Source of the DNA: Paracoccaceae bacterium
GTDB taxonomy: Bacteria; Pseudomonadota; Alphaproteobacteria; Rhodobacterales; Rhodobacteraceae
Length of the DNA: 64,000 nt
Assembly (NCBI GenBank): GCA_019090795.1
Contig: JAHRVG010000023.1
Location: 16,178 to 80,177 of the forward strand
Direction of reading: 5' to 3'
Position 1 is the first letter of the stretch. Every line of letters starts with the position of its first letter. Position numbers and translations under genes: made by a program. Shown piece by piece: positions 57,369-64,000 of this stretch. The notes under the pieces are model-generated. The model was not told where the DNA came from. It did not search any database and saw nothing but the letters and a program-made list of their open reading frames with translations.

Positions 57369-57871
57369 GCGAGCGTTTGATAACCTTTCTGTTGGCTCTT
57401 AGCCCGCGTGAACGCTGGCTGTTGGCGGGGCTTTTCGGGCTGGCGCTTCCGTTGGCTGTGGGGTTCCTATGGGTCGCCCCCCTCAATCAGGCGCGCATTG
57501 CGGCCGCGCAGGATTTTGCTGTGGCCCAAGACCTGCAGGCCTGGGTCCAGGCGCGCGCAGCGGAAAATGCTGTACTGGCCGGGAATGGCCTGCAAGCGAA
57601 TGTGCCGTCCCAAAGCTACCCCCCGATCGGCATCAGCGGTATCGAGGAGAGCCTTAAGGGCGCAGGCCTGCGCGAGGCCGTTACCCGATTGGCCAACAGG
57701 GACGGAGAGGCCATCGAGCTGCGCTTTGATTTGGTGGATTTTCGCCAACTAACCGACTGGCTGGCGGAAACGCAGCCCGACTGGGGCTATGACTTGCAAG
57801 CGTTCCGTTTTGAACGGGCAGAGCGGGCCGGGCTGGTCGCAGCTGAATTTTTGTTGGGATTCCCAAAATGA
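57365..57871 (+). CDS. gspM: T2SS protein M
   Basis: LSPRERWLL + TM + coiled coil + ferredoxin-like C-terminus. Confidence 0.88.
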   Translation: MSERLITFLLALSPRERWLLAGLFGLALPLAVGFLWVAPLNQARIAAAQDFAVAQDLQAWVQARAAENAVLAGNGLQANVPSQSYPPIGISGIEESLKGAGLREAVTRLANRDGEAIELRFDLVDFRQLTDWLAETQPDWGYDLQAFRFERAERAGLVAAEFLLGFPK

Positions 57872-58668
57872 TCCGTGGTTTTTTCCTTCTGCTCGGTGTG
57901 TTGCTTGGCTTGTCTCTGGCGCTGATCTTTGAGGCTCGCATCAGCCACATCCGCACCCTTGCAGCGCTTGCGAATGTCACCCTGCCTGATTGGACCTCTC
58001 GTCTGTCCGGCGACACGCGGTTGCTGGAAGGGCAGCATTTAAATGCCAGCGCCTTGCTGTGGCCGAATGCCCCCCCGGGTGCCCCCGAAGTTCATATCAA
58101 TTGGCAATTTCAGGCGGTCACACCCGAGGGGCTGCGGTTTCTTGTGGCTTTGAGTGGGGCGCAAATCGCCCTGCGTGGTGATCTGCTGATACGCTTTAGC
58201 CATCGGCAGGCATTGCTGAGTGATCTGCATGGCGATCTGGCCGTTAGCCATTTTTTATGGGCGAGCCAAGCAGCACAGCTGCCGCTGACAGGGTTGGTGC
58301 AGCTCGATACGGTTAAAACCCGGATCGACTATGGCGAGCGCCAGCTTTTATCGGTGTCCGGAAAAATGGCCCTGTATCCTGCCCGATTTGACGGCACTGA
58401 ATTGGGGGCTGCAATCATCACCCTGAGCCAAAGCGGTACAAAGGGTTGGGCAGCGCGGTTTGATATGCCCAAAGGAGCCTTGCAGATGACAGCAGATTTG
58501 CAAGGCTCCTTTGGGGATGGCACCGCAGAGGCAGAAGCTGTTATTCTGGAAAATAACGAAATGCCAGAGGGTTGGGAGCGATGGTTCAACCAAAACCTAC
58601 CACGAGGATCTGTCGGCTGGAAGTTTAATAAAAATATGGAACTACAGGATCTTATCCTGAAATATTAA
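57868..58668 (+). CDS. gspN: T2SS protein N-like
   Basis: N-terminal TM then beta-rich periplasmic domain; last gene of the G-M operon. Sequence evidence weak. Confidence 0.5.
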   Translation: MIRGFFLLLGVLLGLSLALIFEARISHIRTLAALANVTLPDWTSRLSGDTRLLEGQHLNASALLWPNAPPGAPEVHINWQFQAVTPEGLRFLVALSGAQIALRGDLLIRFSHRQALLSDLHGDLAVSHFLWASQAAQLPLTGLVQLDTVKTRIDYGERQLLSVSGKMALYPARFDGTELGAAIITLSQSGTKGWAARFDMPKGALQMTADLQGSFGDGTAEAEAVILENNEMPEGWERWFNQNLPRGSVGWKFNKNMELQDLILKY

Positions 58669-59183
58669 AGGGACTTCAGTTCTTTATCAATAATCTGCCG
58701 CCGATCTGCCAAAGACCCTAACGGATCAAAAACCTTGCGCTTTTTCAGCACTTCGTCAAAAGCACCGCGCGCCGATTGCAAGCGCGAGCGAACGGCATTG
58801 TCACGCTGGCCCGCCGCCATTGCGGTGCGGGCAAGTTCATGATCCGCAGTGCCTTGCACTGCTAGTGCGGCCAGCCGCGCATCACCATTCTGGGTCTGGG
58901 CTATCACCCGTGCTTCTCGCGCGGCCTCCTCAAATCGGTTATCGCGTAACAGACTGTGAGCATATTCTAGCCGCACACGGGGGGCAAACGGCCCTGCCTG
59001 TTTTAACAAGGATTGGTAGCTGCGGATCGCACGGGCATAGCGCCCCTCTTCCAAGGCCAACCGCGCCACTTGATATTTGCCTTTAAAGCCGTCGTGTTTG
59101 CTCGGTTCAAATTCCTGACAGGCGGTTGGCAACAGCAAAGCCGCACCCAAAACCGTCCACGCTATGCTTGATCGTGCCCGCAT
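58665..59183 (-). CDS. Putative lipoprotein with TPR-like helices
   Basis: MRARSSIAWTVLGAALLLPTAC (lipobox-like), YARAIRSY..LEYAHSLLRDNRFEEA; start set at ATG 59183. Confidence 0.65.
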   Translation of the reverse strand: MRARSSIAWTVLGAALLLPTACQEFEPSKHDGFKGKYQVARLALEEGRYARAIRSYQSLLKQAGPFAPRVRLEYAHSLLRDNRFEEAAREARVIAQTQNGDARLAALAVQGTADHELARTAMAAGQRDNAVRSRLQSARGAFDEVLKKRKVFDPLGSLADRRQIIDKELKSL

Positions 59184-59367
59184 CTCTCGTTCCTCGTCTC
59201 TGTAAGGGTCTGCGCCCTTAACAGTCCAACTGCTCATGTTTGGCCCCAGTTTCGGGTGCCCGTTTTTTCGCCTTGGGAAAAACCTAGCACACAGCAGGGT
59301 TTTGCGTCTATGAGGGGGGCAACCGATGCCGTTATTAGCCTGTTGATTGTCTTAAAGGAGACACACC

Positions 59368-59811
59368 ATAAAACGCCTTGCCACCTTGTTGGGGTTTATC
59401 GCTGCCATCGCTGCGGGCTTTGGTACGGGCCATTTGGGGTTGTCATTGCTTGGGCAACAGCAGGACATTACTGCCCGCGTCAAAGCCAGTACTCCGGGTC
59501 CAGTCGATGTTTTAGAACCACAAGCCGTCCCCCCCGCACCGTGGCCCGATATATTTGGAAAGTTCGAACCTGATGCTCTGCCGGTGCCTGAACCCGAACC
59601 GCCGGTGAGGGTGGTTAGCCATAGCTATATCCTGAAGGGCCTGTTTGCGAGTGCGCGCAACAGCTGGGCTATCGTATCGGACCCGGGCGGCGAATACCTG
59701 CTGCGCAAAGGCGACGAATTACCCGGCGGGGCGCTGGTCGAAGATATCTCAGAAGAAGGCGTATGGCTAATAACCGCGCAAGGGCGGGAACTAATTGCCT
59801 TTGGGGAATGA
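59368..59811 (+). CDS. gspC: T2SS protein C-like (TM + HR domain, no PDZ); start ATA 59368 or TTG 59386
   Basis: TM, Pro-rich linker, YILKGLFAS..WAIV..YLLRKGDELPGGALVEDISEEGVWL. Confidence 0.72.
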   Translation: MKRLATLLGFIAAIAAGFGTGHLGLSLLGQQQDITARVKASTPGPVDVLEPQAVPPAPWPDIFGKFEPDALPVPEPEPPVRVVSHSYILKGLFASARNSWAIVSDPGGEYLLRKGDELPGGALVEDISEEGVWLITAQGRELIAFGE

Positions 59812-59825
59812 ACTTTGACCAGCCT

Positions 59826-60626
59826 TCAGTTATTCAGAAGATCTTGGTGGAACCGGTTCAAAAGCAATAGCCCCATCGCCAGAGTAAACAGCCCGAAGAA
59901 CAATACATAGGGTATCGAGACATAATTTGCCTCATAGGTGGGGTAAAACCCCGTGCGCATCAGCCCGGTGACATGGACAACAGGGTTAAACCATAAAATC
60001 TTTTGAAATTGCGCCGGGATGTCCTCAAGGATGAAAAAGATACAGGACAGAATAAACATCGGTGTGGTCAGGATACTCCAAAGAGAACCCCAAATGTTAA
60101 AACGCATTATCAAAAAGCAGTTCAGACACCCCACCCCGAGGCCAAGAAGTGCCGAGAGGGTGAAGGCCAGAACAATGGCGCGCAGGTCCAGAATGGTCTG
60201 GATATCAAAGCCGAGCATGATCACAGTAACCAGTATAAAAGACACGGTGACATAGGTCAGGACATTGAGCAGGAACCGGGCCACAATAGCATCTATATAA
60301 CGCACGCCGGGATAACGCAGCAGCGGGCGCGAAAACTTGAGCGCGCTGGAAATTTTATTGCTAAGTTGCATATAGAGCGTGAAGGGTAAAAAACCGGAGG
60401 CGTAAAACAACCCGAAATTTGTGCCCAGAGACGGGGTGCGCAGGGCTGCGGAAAACACAACGGTCAGCAGCGTGATGGCAGCGACCGGCTCCAGAATAGC
60501 CCAGAGGTAGCCCCCTGGAGAGCGGCCATAAGTGGTCGACATTTCGCGCAAAATAAGGGCGAATATGGTGCGGAGGCTCCTAAAACTCCGTGCCTTCAGG
60601 GGTATTTCTGGGAGGTCAGTCATCAA
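59826..60626 (-). CDS. kpsM: Capsular polysaccharide ABC transporter permease
   Basis: LILREMSTTYGRSPGGYLWAILEP, WFNPVVHV, six TMs. Confidence 0.92.
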   Translation of the reverse strand: MMTDLPEIPLKARSFRSLRTIFALILREMSTTYGRSPGGYLWAILEPVAAITLLTVVFSAALRTPSLGTNFGLFYASGFLPFTLYMQLSNKISSALKFSRPLLRYPGVRYIDAIVARFLLNVLTYVTVSFILVTVIMLGFDIQTILDLRAIVLAFTLSALLGLGVGCLNCFLIMRFNIWGSLWSILTTPMFILSCIFFILEDIPAQFQKILWFNPVVHVTGLMRTGFYPTYEANYVSIPYVLFFGLFTLAMGLLLLNRFHQDLLNN

Positions 60627-60723
60627 TTGCGGGCGATCCGGGGTCGAGTTGGTTTTCTCTTGGGTTTATGGCCAAGCACAGGTAAACAATCAAACATATT
60701 TTGCATGAAGGCGGGAATGGCAT

Positions 60724-62016
60724 TTGGACGATCTGGAAACCGAAAACTCCGAGAAGATCTTTGACCCCAAAAAATCGAGCCCAAACAAGCGCGGCGGGAA
60801 TTTCGGGGGCAAAGGTGGAAACACGCAGCAACGCCTTAAAAAGCTGAAACAAAAATTGCGCGATGCAAAAAATGCAGCACCCGTTGTGGTCACAGAAGTC
60901 GCCCCACGCGCAGAAATGAAACCACGCCATTTCGGGGTTTTATTTAGCTTTCTGATCTTTGTAATCCTGCCCTCTGCTGGGGTGATGTGGTATCTGCAGG
61001 AACGCGCAGCCGACCAGTTTGCCAGCTTTGTCGGGTTTTCGGTGCACTCTGAGGATACGTCTGCGGTCACCGATGTTCTGGGGGGCTCGATTGATCTGGG
61101 CAATGGAGGCTCCAAGGATACCGATATCCTGTACGAGTTTATCCAGAGCCAGCAACTGGTGGCATCAGTGGATGCCAAACTGGATCTGCGCACGCTTTAC
61201 AGCAAACCGCAAAACGATCCGGTTTTCACTTTTGAACAGGATGGCACCATTGAGGATTTGCGCGATTACTGGTCGCGTATGGTGCAGATTTATTACGACA
61301 CGGATACCCAGCTGATCGAGCTGAGGGTGCAGGCGTTCACCTCGCAGGATGCCTATAATATTGCCCAGGAAATTTTTACGCAAAGCTCGGAAATGATCAA
61401 CCAGCTATCGGCCATCGCGCGCGAGGACACCATCCGTTATGCCCGCGAGGAGCTGACCAAGGCCCAGGCTCAATTGAAATCGGCGCGTCAGGCCCTGACC
61501 CGGTTCCGCAACGAGACTAAAATCGTTGACCCAACTGCCGATGTGCAGGGACAGATGGGATTGCTCAATACCTTGCAACAACAACTGGCGGCAACCCTGA
61601 TCGAACAGGATCTACTGGTTGACATCGCGCGCGCCAATGACCCGCGCCTTGAACAGGCAGCACGTAAAATTGTGGTAATCCGCAAACGCATCAACGAGGA
61701 GCGTGAAACTTTCGGCATTAGCAGCGAGGGGGGGAATTCGGCGGAATTCAACGCACTGCTGTCCCAGTTCGAAGCCCTGACGGTAGAACGCGAATTTGCC
61801 GAAAAAGCCTGGCTTGCGGCCCGTTCGGCCTATGATGGCGCGATTATCGAAGCCAATCGCCAGAGCCGCTATCTGGCGTCTTATGTGGGACCAACGCGGG
61901 CGGAACGGGCGGAATACCCCGAACGTACCATGTTCTGGCTGCTGACCACACTGGCCCTGTTTCTGGCCTGGGCGATTCTGACCCTGATCGGCTATTCGAT
62001 CAAAGACCGGCGCTAA
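60724..62016 (+). CDS. kpsE: Capsule export inner-membrane protein (PCP-3)
   Basis: TM, FASFVGFSV, DILYEFIQS, long coiled coil, AEYPER + C-terminal TM. Confidence 0.9.
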   Translation: MDDLETENSEKIFDPKKSSPNKRGGNFGGKGGNTQQRLKKLKQKLRDAKNAAPVVVTEVAPRAEMKPRHFGVLFSFLIFVILPSAGVMWYLQERAADQFASFVGFSVHSEDTSAVTDVLGGSIDLGNGGSKDTDILYEFIQSQQLVASVDAKLDLRTLYSKPQNDPVFTFEQDGTIEDLRDYWSRMVQIYYDTDTQLIELRVQAFTSQDAYNIAQEIFTQSSEMINQLSAIAREDTIRYAREELTKAQAQLKSARQALTRFRNETKIVDPTADVQGQMGLLNTLQQQLAATLIEQDLLVDIARANDPRLEQAARKIVVIRKRINEERETFGISSEGGNSAEFNALLSQFEALTVEREFAEKAWLAARSAYDGAIIEANRQSRYLASYVGPTRAERAEYPERTMFWLLTTLALFLAWAILTLIGYSIKDRR

Positions 62017-62019
62017 GCG

Positions 62020-62688
62020 ATGATCCGCCTTGAGGGCCTGAGCAAAACCTTTTTGATGCACGGTAAACGCAAGGTAATTGCCGATGATATCAACATGGTG
62101 TTTCCCAGTGGTGTCAGCGTGGCATTGCTCGGGTGTAACGGGGCCGGCAAATCCTCGTTGCTGGCGATGATTTCGGGGTTTCTGGCACCGGACAGCGGGC
62201 GTATTGTGATCAAGGGTACCATGTCCTGGCCGGTGGGGTTTGCCGGCAGTTTCCACGGGGATCTGACCGGGGCACAAAACATCCGCTTTATTGCCCGAGT
62301 ATACGGCGTAGATACGGACGGCCTCAGCGATTTTGTCCGCGATTTTGCCGATCTCGGCGATCACTTTGACCTGCCGGTGCGCACCTATTCGTCAGGCATG
62401 AAATCGCGCCTGTCTTTTGGCGTCTCGATGGGGGTGAAATTCGACACCTATCTGGTGGATGAGGTCACGGCCGTGGGGGATGCGGAATTCAAACGTAAAA
62501 GCCGGGCAGTATTTCAGGAGCGCATGCGCAGCAGCGGCGCGATTTTTGTCAGCCACTCCATGGGTGGTGTGCGCAATTTCTGCCAGGCGGGCGCAGTGCT
62601 CGACCACGGCCAGCTGACCTATTATGACGACGTGGAAGAGGCCATCTCCGTACATGAAGAAAACATGGGCGGCGGCGAGGATGACTGA
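62020..62688 (+). CDS. kpsT: Capsular polysaccharide ABC transporter ATPase
   Basis: GCNGAGKSS, WPVGFAGSF, YSSGMKSRL, YLVDEVTAVGD, VSH. Confidence 0.95.
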   Translation: MIRLEGLSKTFLMHGKRKVIADDINMVFPSGVSVALLGCNGAGKSSLLAMISGFLAPDSGRIVIKGTMSWPVGFAGSFHGDLTGAQNIRFIARVYGVDTDGLSDFVRDFADLGDHFDLPVRTYSSGMKSRLSFGVSMGVKFDTYLVDEVTAVGDAEFKRKSRAVFQERMRSSGAIFVSHSMGGVRNFCQAGAVLDHGQLTYYDDVEEAISVHEENMGGGEDD

Positions 62689-62750
62689 GGCGCGCGCGCT
62701 ATTTTGCACCGCCTCTCAGGGCAGGTACCTTCCCCTAAGTCCGAAACGCT

Positions 62751-63875
62751 TTAAAACGCTGTATTGGCCCGTGTCACGGCGCGGAAGGTATTCGAGAACA
62801 GGCTAAGGATGGTTTCGGCGGCAACCACAGGGCTTTCGGTAACCATTACCGTATCGCCCGGATGGATCAACAACCGATCGGCACTGAACAGCCCGTCCGC
62901 TGTTGTCAGGTCAACCGTGAAAATCACCCGCTGGTGGCTTGGCCCATTCTTTTTGACGGCACTTGCCGGATATTCGCGCAGGATCAGAATGCCTTGCGGG
63001 TTGGCGCGTTGATCGCGCAACCCCCCGATCATCGACATGGCATCAAGGGCGGATATTGTCTCGCGGTCAAAGGGCACGATGGCCTCTTGTTGCGAGGCCC
63101 CGAGCGAGCGGAAGAAACGGTCATCAGAGGCAAGAATAACCTTGTCGCGTCCGCGCAGAACCGTGTCGAGCTTGGGGTGTCCGTAGAGTTGCTTAAGGGC
63201 GATCTCGTAAACTTGGCCGCCGCGTGTCAGGGTGACTTGCGGGTTCTCCAGATCGGGCGAAACACCGCCGCCGCGCGAAATCAGCCCGAGCACGGTCACA
63301 TGGCCATCAGGGTCATTCAGCGGATAATTCCCGGGGGTGCCAACCCCGCCCACCAGATCAACCGACTGGCGTGCGCCAGGCAAAACCGTCAGCTGTACCT
63401 GTGCGGAGGGTACAATCTGTTCCATTTTTTGCTGGATTTTCTGACGTGCCGCGCCGGGGCTAAGGCCTGCAATGTGAATTTTGTCGAGATAGGGCATAAA
63501 TATCATGCCGCTGCGCGAGACAATCATACCCTCCAGCGCTACGTTTTTCTGCTCAGTCGAGGTCAGCAGAGAATTGCTGTCACTGTCCCAGATTATCAGT
63601 TTGACCACATCCCCGGGAACAATTGACAGCGCCCGCCCACTACTGCGAGAAATCCAGCGTCTGTTGACTTTGGGGTCTTCGGGCCAGGCCACAACCTGAG
63701 GTAAAAGGTCGCGCGAAACCGGATAAACCGCAAATTCTGTGGGTGTATCCTGTTTCTGGCTGGTAATCTCGGATATGATCGGCGCGCCGCGGGGCAGGCT
63801 ACAGGCAGCAACAACGCTTAAGGTAGCCAAAAACAGGATAATATGCTTCAGGCTTGAAAACAGCGGTCGCGGCAT
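62751..63875 (-). CDS. wza: Polysaccharide export outer-membrane lipoprotein (Wza/KpsD-like)
   Basis: Lipobox VVAACSLPRGAP, PGDVVKLIIWD, GMIFMPY, SLBB-like repeats, IHPGDTVMV. Confidence 0.9.
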   Translation of the reverse strand: MPRPLFSSLKHIILFLATLSVVAACSLPRGAPIISEITSQKQDTPTEFAVYPVSRDLLPQVVAWPEDPKVNRRWISRSSGRALSIVPGDVVKLIIWDSDSNSLLTSTEQKNVALEGMIVSRSGMIFMPYLDKIHIAGLSPGAARQKIQQKMEQIVPSAQVQLTVLPGARQSVDLVGGVGTPGNYPLNDPDGHVTVLGLISRGGGVSPDLENPQVTLTRGGQVYEIALKQLYGHPKLDTVLRGRDKVILASDDRFFRSLGASQQEAIVPFDRETISALDAMSMIGGLRDQRANPQGILILREYPASAVKKNGPSHQRVIFTVDLTTADGLFSADRLLIHPGDTVMVTESPVVAAETILSLFSNTFRAVTRANTAF

Positions 63876-64000
63876 CTGGTTGTCCTGCTCTTTTATTTTT
63901 CTGCCCGAATTTTATGCATGTCGCGATACACGGGCTGGGCCCGTAGCTATACAGACGATCACGCACAGAATATCGTGTTGTATAAACAGGTCAACTGGTA

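Overview
Alphaproteobacterial (Rhodobacterales/Roseobacter-type) extrachromosomal replicon segment devoted almost entirely to the cell surface. A central parB-parA / repA replication module has a readable origin (three 22-bp iterons each starting with GANTC, a perfect DnaA box) and a parS-like palindrome. Around it lie: (i) a capsule system (KpsM/E/T-type ABC exporter, Wza/KpsD, GalE, Ugd, Glf, two galactofuranosyl-type and three other GT2s, a priming transferase, a TupA-like ATP-grasp ligase, an exostosin-like protein and six sulfotransferase-fold proteins); (ii) a type II secretion system split into gspDEF and gspO/G-N/C, linked to two Sel1 proteins and a signal-peptide-bearing phage-fibre-like protein; (iii) a row of RTX/T1SS-type passengers (two serralysin-like proteases, one gene frameshifted in a G7 tract, a 1.2-kaa Ig-repeat adhesin); (iv) a DUF2793 GTA/phage tail-fibre gene with an unannotated 56-aa chaperone-like ORF. 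The most striking items are an RTX protein carrying a colinear integrin beta I-like vWA domain 1.4 kb from a membrane permease fused to an FG-GAP (integrin alpha-type) propeller, the T2SS-linked fibre cluster behind a perfect CtrA box, and the tail-fibre module beside the capsule genes. No rRNA, tRNA, CRISPR or transposase was recognised. All family assignments come from motif recognition by eye; no searches were run.
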